Below, piece after piece: positions 9,688 to 23,100 of a DNA stretch of 39,648 bases. Position 1 is the first letter of the stretch, and each line of letters opens with the position of its first letter. The notes beneath the pieces were generated by a model, which saw nothing but the letters and a program-made list of their open reading frames with translations, ran no database searches and was not told where the DNA came from. The position numbers and the translations under genes are program-made. Where the stretch lies: positions 1-39,648 of the forward strand of contig JALAGF010004667.1 of assembly GCA_030167865.1 (NCBI GenBank), written 5' to 3'. This DNA comes from Craspedostauros australis. Taxonomy: Eukaryota.

Positions 9688-11183
9688 TGTTCACCCGTTC
9701 AGCGTTGTTGTCCATTTCCTTTACGCTATTGTTGGTTCCAGCGTACCCACTGTTGTGCTTGCGTTTGACTTGACCGGCGTTGGCGTCTTCGTTGTGGATT
9801 GGGCTGTGGGTCTCCTCTTTGAGAAACAGGTCGGGGAGTTGCGTCAATCCATCTCACGCTTGCGGCAGTCCAGGGCACAAGGTGCGAGCGATGTGCCAAT
9901 GTTGGAGACCACCCCAAAACGAACATCAGAAACGAAATCATTGGCGTGGGTTTGTGCTTCGGTCATCTCCGCCGCGCGCTCCGACCCGCGCATTGCGGTC
10001 ATGGACGACAGAAAGCAAGTCGACAAGTACGATCACTCTTTGAATGAAACATAAAGGGAGTGCTGGACACATTTATTGTCACAATCTGTTTATAGTAGCG
10101 CTTCCATGCGGACATCGTCGCCTTTGTTTCCTCTCCAGGTTTATGCCCCTCCAAGTTCCAGACGCAGACACAAATATGACTGAATACGCGTAGGTCGTAC
10201 AACGACATTAGTCGATCTAGTCGAGATGACCGAAGATGGTCTCGAATCCGAATTGAGTCGATTGTCGATTAATCATGAAAGTCCAATCCCATTTCAGTCT
10301 TGTGAAAAGGTCATCAAGCATGGCCAATCAGACTCAAGATACCAAATGTTGTTTTCGGTCATTTGTGGCGCCCGAATCCAACAATTCAATTTTTTGGATG
10401 ATTCATGACACCTCGTTCGCTCGGGTGCGCGGCCAAGTCAGTCTTGGCGCAGCACATGTCGTCGCACGAGCTCCACTCGATGATGCTGTTCAACAAGATG
10501 CCAGTCGAATGACTCGTTATGCCGCCAACGCTTCGCTTTGCCGATACGACTACACACGGAGAGGAGAACACCGACAGCATCGAAAAGATACCGCCCATCG
10601 CCGAACGAAGTTTGGGGTGTGTCTCTGCGGAGACAAAGACCCACGGATCACGCCGACACACTCGTCAAGGGCGAGTTGGATGAACAACACCTCAATTGTG
10701 GCACTCACAGAGATAGCCGTAGGAGTACTCTCCCACCCGTTGAACCCATCCCAGTTTAATGGTCGCACGATCGCAAGGCACTCGTGTTGGAATCTCTCTT
10801 CGACTGACAACGAAACCACAAGGGTACCTGTGAATAGGCATACGATTGACTCGACAAGCCACCAACGGCATCTTTTTGTCAGCAGGTGCAAGGCGCAACC
10901 GCAGTTCCGCATCATCTGAAGGATACCACATCTGTGCGTAGAGTTAAGGGATCACGCCGTCGTTCTGACCGGTGTTTCAGCCTCTCACGCCGTCGCCATC
11001 GCGCGAGCTGGGTAGCATCTCATCGACACATTGATCGCCATTGTGCGCATCGCTGAAGGTCTTGATACAGCACCGTCGCCTTTCAAGGCTTCGATTCCAA
11101 TATCGCTCACACTTTGCCATCGGTGCCAGAAAGAACCGTGGAGTGCTTCTGCAGAGTCCCATACTGGCGTTCATTCAGACAAG

Positions 11184-14100
11184 ATGGCTTTCCGAATGGC
11201 CCAAAGGGCCAAGGCGGAGTGCGTCAAGCTCGAGCAGGAGGAAGAGACGTACACCGTCCCCCTGGTTTCCAATGCTGACAACGCGGGTGACGATTCCAGT
11301 CTTCCCAAGGATCTTTACGAATTCTTGGGAGACACCAAACGAACATGGAAGCTCAAAGCAGGTCAACGCGTGTCCATCCTCCACGAGAAGGCCAACGTCA
11401 GGGCATTCCACAAGTCGCTGGTCCAGGAATCGCAGTCCGTCACGGAGCAGGAGTTTTGGTATCGATACTTGTACCGTTGCGACGTCAATCGCATCATTGC
11501 AAACTTGAAGGCAGCAAAGAATCAGGGCACCATTCCCACCAGCAACAATAGCAACGGCAACGGCGAAAGTGTCGCCAGTCAGAACAAAAGCAAGGCAGCG
11601 CCCGTTGCCAAAGCTGCCGCTCCGTCAACGCCAAAGGCCAAATCAAGGGCTCCTGCAAAATTGGCGCAAGCCACGCAGCCAACAGTTTCGTCATCGTTAC
11701 CCTCCACATCTGGAGCATCTTCGTCCGGAGTGCCAGCTTCGTCTTCCTCACAATCCAACCAGATGTCTAGTGCGAGCTTCATGAACAATGCAAAACATCA
11801 GGCGGATCGGTTGCGGCAGGTCGAATCCACCTACACGGAGCCACTCCCGATGGCCGATGAAGTCGACAATCGCATGGCGCGGGAGATTTCAGACTTTCAC
11901 ACCGACTTCGATCGATCGTGGAACATGAGGCAAAGCCAACGCGAGCAGACGCTGCAGCAATACGAAAAGTCGGTCGGGAAGTTCCATCACCAGCTCGTGG
12001 TGGAAGCGCAGGCGATCAGTGAGAAGGATTTCTGGAAGCGATATCAGTTTCGCTGCGATGAACGGCGGATATTCCGACAGACGCAGCGCAACCAGATTGG
12101 CAGCAGCTCGAACAGATCGTCCAAGTCGAAAAAGAAGATGAAGCAGCAGTCTCGGGATTCCATCACCACCGATCCCGTTGTCACGCCATCTTCGAAAACG
12201 GACGCTGCTACCGCTGCTTCAGTGAAGGAATCGACGGCATCGGCCAATTCCTCCGACAACGCCAAATCCTCAGTATCTTCGATCAAGCGTCAACAACGTC
12301 ATCAGCAGAACCACAGCAGTCATTATCCTTCCGACATGCCAGTGGTATCAACGGGCGATTCTATCCAGGAACGGTTGAAGCGATGGGGACGCAAGGGTTC
12401 AACGGAGAACAAGGTATCAGCACCTACGCCGACATCCGCGCCTGCCCCTGCGCCTACCGCAACCACAACACCCATCACGAAGGCTAAATCCACCTCCTCC
12501 TCAGTCTCCGCGGGGTCCAAAAAAGCGACAGCACCGCAGCCGATCGCAACAACACAACGATCACCGAAGAAGCCGGACAAGCGGCAACAGGAGGAAGCGC
12601 CCGAACCAGCCCAAACAGCTTCGCAGTCGAAGGCTTCGGATGGAAGTGGCAGCAAGGATGGATCATCCAGCTCCAAGAAAGCCACAACACCAGTCGGCAC
12701 AAGCCTTAAGGATCGACTTAAATTGTGGGGTAAGGTGGCCACGAAATCAAAGCCTTCACCAGCGTCCACCCCAGCGCCGGCTCCAGAACCTACCCCTGCC
12801 CCTACCCCTACTCCAGTGGTAGCTCCTCCGCCGAGGGCAGCGGTTGCTCCACACTCCGTGTTTGCGAAGTCGCCTTCCCAGTCTTCGGTCGTCTCAGTGT
12901 TGACATTGGATTCTCAGTTCCCCATCAAGACGATCGTGACAACTTCGGACCATGTGTCGCATCCACCACCTCCTGTGACTGAGGAAGATGAAAGCACGCC
13001 ATCTACTGACGCTGGAAGGCAATGCATCGTGCCGGATGCTGGCCCATCGGTGCAGCGCGTTCCATCACCCAAAATATCAGGATCGTCCGTGCGTGATCGT
13101 CTCAAGAAGTGGGGCAAGAAAACAGCCGCGGTGTCTCCTCCACCACCGTTGTACAAGAAGAAATCCGCCGTTGCTTCTTCTACGGCTCCTACTTCTGCCA
13201 ACACATCTGGCGATGCGGGTGCCGCAATACCTGTTCAGAAAGAGGTTTCGGCGGTGAAGACTCCCACGGTTGTTGAGAAGCCCGTTGCGACCATGACATC
13301 TTCGCAGGCGGTGAATCGATCACCAGTCAAAGCCACAGTGGTCACACCAACGCCGACGAAACCAGCAACAAGCGTGGCATCCCCAACGTCAGCCCGCGCA
13401 AGTCACAGCGGAAGCAGTACCGGTAGCGGATTCAAGGGCTCGGTCAAGAAGAAGAAGGCGACATTGCTGAAGCAGGAAGCTCAACCAGAGGCGCAGCTTC
13501 GACGAGGCACAGAAGCCACGTACACCACCCCGTTGCCAAAGCACGGATCGTTGGATGATCCCGAGGAATTGCGTGAATTGAGCGACTTCGTGTTCAGCTT
13601 CAATCGCGAGTACCGCAAGCAAACTCCGGAGGAGCGATCCGCTCTCTTGGAGCAGCACCCCGACACGCTTGGGAAGTTTTACCATCAGCTGGTGGTCGAT
13701 GACAAGGAGGTGACCGAGAAGCAGTTTTGGGAACGGTACAGCTACAGATGCAACGAGGAGAGGATACTCCGAGAGTTGCAACGACAGCAACGTCGGCGGA
13801 CGCTCTCGCAAAAGATCACGAAGCAACGTCGATTGATATACAACGAACGAGGCGAAGTCATTGCCGAGGCTGAGAACGATGAACCAGAAGTTGTGGTTGA
13901 CTTGGCAGGAACGCACATCAGTCGGAGCGCACCTGTGACTGACCTTCCCGCCACCACCACGCCCATCAAGGATCGCTACAAGGCGAAGGAGCCGGCGCCA
14001 CAGGAACCGATCAGCAGTAAGCCTTCGGTCAAACAGCATCCGAAGGTCAAGACTGCAACGACGATTGACACATCCGATCATGCGTCAGATGGAAACAAGC

Positions 14101-17100
14101 AAGGCGCGCCTGAACTTTCCGTCACGTCACCTCGCGCAGTCGCAAAGGCGCGTGCGAAGGATCAATTCAGTGTTCGATCGAACAAGTACGCTCTGCCATC
14201 CAGGATCATCAGCCAGCGCCGCCTCGTAGAGCAGCAGCCAGCGCAAGAAAACGTCGGATCGCCGCCTGCTGGGACCCAGCAGACAAAGCCTCCGTCAGTC
14301 GTGGACAGAGCAGGAGCAGATACTGCTGCAAAGAAAGCCGCGCAGAAATCCAGCATTCCGTCAGATGCCGCTGTTGTTGTGCTCATCTCTTCGATGCCGA
14401 GCAAATTGGCGCAAAGGACGAATCAGGACCGCACGATGACCATGCTCCGAGCAGCTGAGGTGGAACCAGTAGTCGTGGACAGCGTGAAGGGGGCAGACTT
14501 CAACAAGCGCAACACTTTATTTGCTATCAGCGATATGCAAGGCATCTACCCGCAGGTGTTCGTGACACAGAAATCCAACCTGAAGGCCTTCAAGCCAAAG
14601 CATATTCAGTTCTTGGGTGACTTCAACACAATCGAATACCTCAGCGGTGGTGGCAACCTGGCCGATGAGATCGGCAAGAAGGCGCTGATTGTCTCCAAGC
14701 AAGCCGAAGGCGCCGAGATCGCTTCATTCCTTGACAGCGACAAGAAGCTCATCGCTCTGTACTCCAAGACGAAGGGCAACCAAGCGCAATCCGCAAACCA
14801 GTTCCGTGCTGATGCCATCCTGAAGGACCTCGGTGTGAAGCCCGAGGTGGTGGACGGATCTGATCCCATGCACAAGCAGCGGCGGGACCGTCTATTTGCC
14901 ATCAGCGGCCTTCCCAACAAGTACCCGCAATTCTTCGTGCAGCACAGCAAGGAAATGACCGTTTTCTTCGGCGATTACGACACCCTGAAGTACTTCAGCC
15001 ACAGCGGAAAGCTGGCAAAGAGCCTCAACGTCCAGCTCGACGTGTCTCAGCACTCGCAGTACGATGCCAGTCAGGTATCGAACACAGAAGACGACATCGT
15101 CCTTGTGGACAAGGCCACGGCGATGGAATGGTACGAGCAAACCAAGAAATCTGCAACCGATGAAGCACAAGCAAGACGAACTCCGATGGATGTGGTCGAT
15201 GCTGACTCTGGCCAGAAGCAAAGAGCTGACGAAATCGAAGACATCACTGAGATCGATGACACCGAGGCTGATAAGCACGTGGATACAGGAGCAGATACCG
15301 TTGCCCCTGCAGTCGAGCGTGGGCTACAGGCGGATGCACCGGCGGAGACGGTCAACTCTGACGAATCAGAGAAGGTGGACGCTGGCAAGGTCGAGGAGGT
15401 GGATGATGCTGGCATCGAAGAGACGACGGATGAAGCGCGAGTCGATGATGATTCCGAAGAGATCATCGAAGAGGTGATCGAAGAATTTGAAGAAGAGGTA
15501 GTCGAAGAGGTCATTGAGGAAGTTATCGAAGAGGTCATCGAAGATGACGCGCTCGAAATCAGCCCGATCGACGCAGATGATCAAGATAAACCAATCGATG
15601 ACAACGCCGAAGGTGCCGCTGAACAGGATGATGAGCCACCAGCGGAAGTTCCAACCGACGAAGACGGCCAGGAAGATACACAGGAGCAGCAAACGACGAC
15701 ACGGACGATTGACGTCGAACCTGGACCAAAATCGGAGGATGCACTTGTGGACGATGGTGAGGAACAAGAAGCTGCAGCAGCAGCAGAATCAGTCGATCAA
15801 GATCTTGCAGAAATGCAACCACAAGAAGAACTTTCCGAAAAGGAATCGTCACAGGAAGGTGCAGACGATACTGCCGATGCGCTTGATGCAGTGCCAGCAG
15901 CAATCGAGGATGCTGCGCTACCATCGAACGAGGAGGGAGCCAAAGACATCCAGGATGAGAAGGCTAATGAAGGTGTCGATGTCTACCAAGGAATCGAATC
16001 GGACATCCCTGCCGACGAAGATCCCCACGCACCATCTCCGCCTCCACGACCCTCTGACTCAGATGTGGCTCCCGTAGATCCGCAGACCGAAGAAGCCCTG
16101 GAAACGGCCGCACCTCATGCTGTTGCTGAGGAAGCGGAGGAGCCCGTGAATGAGCCAGACGCGGCCGTTGCCGATGGCGCAGCCGAAAAAACTCCATTGG
16201 ATTCCACACCACAAGCCGATGCTGCGAAGGATGATGACCACCAACCAAGTACATCTGGTGATGAGCGAACGGAAACCGTCGAGGATGATGCTGAATCCGT
16301 GGAGTCTGCTGAAGTCATTGAATCTGCTGAAGCTGAGACGAAAGCTGTCAGCGCCGGAGAGGCAAAGGAGCATGAAACAGCCGCCAACGAGGTCTCACCA
16401 ATAACTGACGTTGCTGATGTCGATGTCGATCCATCTGAAGAAATTGATCATTCTCCAGATGTTGATGGCAGTGCGCTTGTCGAGGCACCCGCAGCCGAGG
16501 TACCAACGGATGAGGCATCAACAGATCAGGCAGAATCTGATACTGGCAGCCCAACTGGAGCTCAGCAAGCTGATGAGGCCCACTCCCAAGCCCTTGCATC
16601 AGCTGACAACGCTCAGGATGATGTCAGCCCTGAGAGGGTCGATGAGGGCGTGGAAGGCGAACCTCAAATCAATACAACGTCTGAAGATGTCGACGAGCCG
16701 CGTGAAATCGATGCCGAATCTGCAGAACTCGAGACTGCAGAAGGCCCAGAAGACGAAGATCGAGCAGGAGCCAAGACAGCCGCTGCAATCGCCGCAGGAG
16801 CAGTCGTCGCAGGTACTGTGGCCGCTGTTGTCGTAGCATCCAATGAGCCTGATGCTGAACAAGACGATGACGCAGCAGAATCAGCCGAACCAGCCGCCAA
16901 CGTCGATGCTGAACAAGACGAGGTCGAATCAAGTCAAAGTGAGCAACCGGAGGCAGAACAATCAAAGCCAGCTGAGGTGATAGAAGCGGAAGTCATCAAT
17001 GAAGAATCTGTTGAGGAGGATAAGGAAGTACCGGTTACCGATAAGGCTGCGCAGCCAAGTATGGACGCTGACAAATCGTCGGAAGCCCACGGTGAAGCAT

Positions 17101-20100
17101 CAGATGAAGCAACCAGCGAAGTCCAAGAACCAACACAAGACGTCGCCGAAGAGGCCGCATCAGAGAAGACAGCTGAGGAGCATGAGGTGCAGCAATCAGT
17201 GGACGAGCCAACGGAAGCGCAGCCTGATGCTGAGGCGACAGCAAGCGAAGAAGCCGTTGTCGAGGCCGCAGATATCAAGCGGCAAGAGTCTGACGAACCA
17301 ATCGATGAGCAAGATTCACAGACTGCCACTGAGGTTGAGACTGAAGCTCGCGCCGTAGGAGGCGATGCTATCGCGACAACTGAAACGCAAGTGGAAGAGA
17401 GTTCGGAAGAGGCTGCGAATGAGTCAGTTGAGTCACACGCTGAGGCCACGGAGGTCGGAGCTACCGAAGCAGCAGTCGTGGGAGAACAGGAGACTTCGAA
17501 AGGTGCTGACAAACCTGCGGATTCGGAACTTGAACAAATCCCGACGGAAGAACAGGAAGATGCGGAGCCAGCGACTGACGAATCAGACGCGGTGGAGAGG
17601 TCTGCCCTAGAGATACTGACGGCTCCTGAAGATGACGAAGAAGCGACCGCCGAAGCCAGAACAGAGGCGGCTCCGGAAGAACCAGTCAATGCGCCTACAG
17701 ACATCACCAGCCCGTCACAAGTTGGCAAAGCGGATGCAGAGCAGGTGGATGAATCTACACGGACGATAGACGAGGCTGAAACAGCTAGTGAAGCTGCGGC
17801 ATCGGATATACCGGCAGATGAGAACGTTGAGCGTGCGACGGCAGCTGAGGCATCGGGCGAGGTGGCCCCAGAAGTTAATACCGAAACGAGAAGGGAGAAC
17901 TTTGTGGACGAAGAAGACGCCGCGGACGAAGCTTCGGAAGAAGCTGTAGACGACGACGCAGTCAAGGCCAACGAAACAGAGGCACAGCTGGAAGATGAAG
18001 ATGCTTCCGCACAAGCGGCCGCGCCAGAATTGATCACCCAAGAGGATGCAATCGCGGAGCGAACAACCGACAATGCCGACAAGGAGCTGGGCGATGAGGC
18101 TGCGCCGGCTGCAGATGTAGACGTGAACGCGGATGCGGATACGGATGCGGTTGCGGATACAATCGCTGATGAAACGGATGAGCAGGAGCCAAAGCCAATC
18201 AGCGAAGCCGCAGCAGACGAGGTGCAAGAGGAACCAGAAGCCGATTCGCACAAGGAGACTGGAGGGTCTGTGGAGACAGCTGAAGAGTCATCAGAACCAA
18301 GCCCGGATGAAGCCCCAGACGCCGACGCAGCAGTGGATGATAATGACAACGTAGTCGACGCAAGCGAGACCGGTGATTCTGAGGGAGCCACCCCAACATC
18401 CGAAACACCATCGCAACCAGAGATTGTTTCGGAAGAGGCAGATTCACAAGATGATGCAGAGGTATCAAGCAGAGACACAGCGTCGGGAGCAACAACCAGC
18501 GACGCGGCTGAACCAGCGGTGCCCGGTGTGGCTGAGCAAGCTGGAATACGAGATAATGAAGTCCAAGCGGAAGATCCTGTCGAACTCGAAGTGGACGCCT
18601 CTGATGCACAGAGTGAACCAGAAACAGAGACAAATGCAAGTGGGACGGAACTGGCGACTGAACCTGGTCAATTCAACGCTGTTGAAGATGCCAACGACGC
18701 AGAGGTATCAGGCAACAACACAGCTGCGGAACAACGACCAGATGCAAACCTTGCCGAGGCGTCGGTCGAACCGGTGGAAGAAACAGCAGCAGTTGCTGAC
18801 ACCGAAACCGAACCGGAAATCCAAGTCGGAAACGAAGCCACCGCCGCCGCAGCTGGAGCTGCCGACGACGAAGCACAAGCTGATAATGACAAGGAGACGG
18901 ACGTAGCGGATCCTGTGTCCGAGCCGACACCAATCGTCGGAGAATCGGAAGTGCAGGTGGGTGCAGGTGAAGTTGACGCTGAGGACTCTGCTGAAACAGA
19001 ACTTCTGAAGCAAACTGCCCAGGTTGAACTTCCCACGGAAGAGGAAGCGGAGCCAGATACTGTTGACGGCAATCGAGAATCTGCTGACGAGTCGGATAAA
19101 ACTGGCCCTGAATCGCAAGATGACGTGCCCAAGGATGGCGTCGAAGGGGAACAAGAAGAAGAGGAAGATGTCGAACAGCCCATCGCACCCGCTGCAGTAG
19201 CGATGACTGCTGCCGCAGCCGTAACTACTGCTGCCGTTGTTGCCACTGCATCTGAGACCGAAGATGCCGCATCCGAAGGTGAAGTCGATGACAACGAGGA
19301 GGGTGCATCCAAAGCCGAAACCGAGGACGCAGATGATGAAGCTGCGGGTGAGGCAGAAGCGAAAGAATTGAGCAACCAAGAAGACGCCGCAGCGGAAGTA
19401 AGCCAGGAGCAGGTCGACAGTTCGCCGACTGAAGATGCGGAGGTCCACGACGAGACTGCCTCACAAACGGAGGAAGTTTCAGCTGTAGAAGACAGTAAGG
19501 ATCCAGAAGTTGATTCACCTGCAGATATGGCGGATCCTGACACAGACGCCAAGGCTGACGTGGATTTCTCTGAGCCGCCCATGGAAACAGACGCAGGAGC
19601 GGGAGCAGGAACCGATGAAGCAGACACCCGCCAAGCCGAAAGTACTGTAGCTGCTGAAGAGGAACCTGAGGAGTCAGTCGCAGCGAACATTGCGCAGGGA
19701 GCTGACACCGAAGGAGACGAAGACGACGACAGAGTTACTGAGCAGGTTGTTCCTGTCGCCAAGGCCGTAGCTCCAGCGGTTGACGACGGAGATGATGCTG
19801 AAAGCGAAGTCAATGGTGGCGAAGCCGGCGATGAAGTGGAGGCGGAGCCCGCTGCAACAGCGGCAGAAGCAGCTGTGAACGCTGATTCCCAACCTGAAAC
19901 CGATGCCAACGCCAACGCTGATGTTTCCGAAGCTCCAGATGAAGCTGAAGTAGAGGCAAAAGCGGCAGATGCCGACGGTACGCCCGACTCGGCTGAAGAA
20001 GCAAAATCTGACGGATCGGAAGCAGCAGATGCGGAGAGTATCAATGATGAGGCAGCTGATCATGAGGCTGAAGTCAACACCGATAATGTGGTAGAGGTGA

Positions 20101-23100
20101 AGGTAGAGACGGCAGCCAACGTCACTGAAATCGAATCTGATGCAACCGACAAAGCAGATGTCTCTGGAGCTCCAGAGGAAGCCGATGCAGATGTGAAGGC
20201 AGAAGTCGAAGACACTAATCAAGCCGGTACTACCGATGCTGTCACAGGCGCCAAATCGGATTTGGCTGTGGAAGAGGACACGGACATGGCAGGCGATGAG
20301 CAGCCATCCGATACCGAGGCCAAGGAAGATGACCATGGAGGCGCCGATCCAGCGGATGCTGTCGACAGCGTCGGCATCACCGAGACCGATGCTCCTGCAC
20401 CTGAAAGTCAGGTCGACAAGGAAGAGGCCATTGAGGCTGAAGCTGCAGATGGAGTTGCACACCTGAAAGATCCTGTTGAGGCTGAAACGAAGGCTGCGAG
20501 CGTTGAAATCGAAGCCGATGCTGATCCCGATTCTGATACAGTCGATGCGTCACTCGAAGTGGAAGTGGAAGCGGAAGTGGAAACCGAAGAAGAGCCAAAA
20601 GATGTAGATGATGATCAAGTCGAAGATTCAAACGACAACCAGACAGACTCGGCTGTGAAGGGAGAAGCTGGGGAATCGAAAGAGGAAGAGGAAGAGGCGC
20701 AGACTCGAGGTCTTGACGTCAAGGAAGGTGACGAGTCTCAAACTTCTGGTGTCAGCGACGCTGAAGCTCCAACAACCGAAGCTGCGGGTACTGTTCCAAA
20801 TACTGCCGACGACAAGGCCGAGGCCGAAGCTCCCGTTGAAGACGAAGCTGACGCGTCACAATCGCAGACTGGCACCGAAGCAGAAGTAAGCAACATTGCG
20901 GCGGATGCGGCGGCTGAATTTGTAGAGGCTACCCTCGACGTGGTCGATGAGGCACCAACAGCGATAGAGACCGAAACTGAGACGGAAGAGGCACCTGATG
21001 CAATGGAAGAAGCTTATCAAGTGGACGAGGCTGAAGAGCCCGAACCTGCAGTGGCCACAGCCGAAGCCCAAGCTCCGGAAGAAGCCAAAACAGATGCAGG
21101 TGCAGATACAAACGAAACTGCCGAGGCGCACACGCAAGATCCGAGCGCAGAGACCGCAGCCGACAGCGAAGAGGGGGCACCTGTCCAACCGGCAGAAGTG
21201 GAAGTCGAAGCCGAAGAACTAAAAGATGCCACCGCCGAAGAAATTTCCGATCCAGAAGCGGCAGCCGAGCCAAGCTCAGATGCATCTGAGGCGCGGGACG
21301 TCAAGAAAGCAGAGCCGCAGATCGATGAATCAACCGACGAAGGAACAGCTGAACAGGACCCAAGCAAGGCGGAAGGAGCTGTCGAAGAAGAAGAAGAAGA
21401 AGAAGAAGAAGGACATGCGAGCGTCGAAGTCGAAGCACCGGAAGATGTCATCACCGAAGCACCTTCCAACCCAGAAGCAGCAGCTGAGCCAAGCCCAATT
21501 CCATCTGAGGTGCAAGACGCCAAGGAGACAGAAACTGCTGAGGCCGAGCCGGCCATGGACGTTGAGGCAGAAGAGACGGCCGAAGTGGACTCTACGAAAC
21601 CACAGATCGATGAATCACTCGACGAAGGAACAGCTGAACAGGACCCAAGCAAGGCGGAAGGAGCTGTAGAAGAAGAAGAAGAAGAAGAAGGACATGCAAG
21701 CGTCGAAGTCGAAGCACCGGAAGATGTCATCACCGAAGCACCTTCCAAGGCAGAAGCCGCAGCTGAACCAAGCCCAATTGCATCTGAGGTGCAAGACGCC
21801 AAGGAGACAGAAACTGCTGAGGCCGAGCCGGTCATGGACGTTGAGGCAGAAGAGACGGCCGAAGTGGACTCTACGAAACCACAGATCGATGAATCAACCG
21901 ACGAAGGAACAGCTGAACAGGACCCAAGCAAGGCGGAAGGAGCTGTCGAAGAAGAAGAAGAAGAAGAAGAAGAAGGACATGCAAGCGTCGAAGTCGAAGC
22001 ACCGGAAGATGTCATCACCGAAGCACCTTCCAAGCCAGAAGAAGCAGCTGAACCAAGCCCAATTCCATCTGAGGTGCAAGACGCCAAGGAGACAGAAACT
22101 GCTGAGGCCGAGCCGGCCATGGACGTTGAGGCAGAAGAACCGGCCGAAGCGGACTCTACGGAACCACAGATCGATGAATCAACCGACGAAGGAACAGCTG
22201 AACAGGACCCAAGCAAGGCGGAAGGAGCTGTCGAAGAAGAAGAAGAAGAAGGACATGCAAGCGTCGAAGTCGAAGCACCGGAAGATGTCATCACCGAAGC
22301 ACCTTCCAAGCCAGAAGCAGCAGCTGAACCAAGCCCAATTGCATCTGAGGTGCAAGGCGCCAAGGAGACAGACACCGTCGAGGCCAAGCCGGCCGTGGAC
22401 ATTGAGGCAGAAGAACCGGCCGAAGCGGACTCTACGGAACCACAGATCGATGAATCACTCGACGAAGGAACAGCTGAACAGGACCCAAGCAAGGTGGATG
22501 GAGCTGTTGAAGAGGAAGAGGATGCAAATGCAGAAGCTGAAGCCAACACAGAGCCGAAGCCAGATTCAGAAGCTGAAGCCGCCACACCAACTTCAGACTC
22601 GGTGGATGCAGTCACAAGCACAGACGTCAAGCCAGAAGGGGGAGGGGAAGGCGCACTTGATCAGACTGATGCAATGCCGGATCAGGATGCGGGGGATGCC
22701 AAGGCACCATCGACAAAGCCAGATGCTGCCGCCGCAGCGCACATCTCGAGTGACGATGAGGCTGCCGAAGAAGACAATGCAGGACTGTCCCCGGACAAAG
22801 AAGAAGAACACATTGAGGATCCAGCTGAAAGTGAAGCAGAGTCAGCAACAAACAATGCTCTCGACGATCAAGAGGCAGCCGGCGAGGTGGCAGTCGAGAG
22901 CCAGGGGGAACTGATCGAAGACCCAGACGATGCTGAAGTCGCCGATTCAGCCCACGAGGAAGAACAAGCCCAAGATGTCCCACGCGCTGCCTCCAATGAC
23001 GATCTTCCCGAGAATACTTCTCAGGAAGCATCGGTCGATGAAGCCCAAGCATTGGTTGAAGTCACGAAACTGGACGAACCTGCTGCACCAGACACGTCCC

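Noticed and set aside
10360-10395. Minus-strand 'IELLDSGATN', resembling a retroelement aspartic protease motif
   Set aside because: A stop codon lies a few codons upstream and there is no gag, RT, integrase or LTR evidence nearby; likely chance.
10275-10919. 214-aa plus-strand ORF between STAND copy B and the giant gene
   Set aside because: No recognisable motif and an Arg/His/Ser-rich random composition; it lies in a probable bidirectional promoter.
11031-11183. N-terminal extension of the giant ORF from a TTG start
   Set aside because: Non-ATG start in a eukaryotic gene; the first in-frame ATG is 11184. I trimmed the starts at 27112 and 36696 for the same reason, and 38859 because its extension looks like 5' leader.
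15071-22914. Long Ser/Ala-rich antisense ORFs (514, 458, 537 aa) and the Lys/Arg-rich alternative-frame ORF (406 aa)
   Set aside because: They are shadows of the GAA/GAC/GCA-biased codons and tandem repeat of the giant gene, with no independent domain signal.
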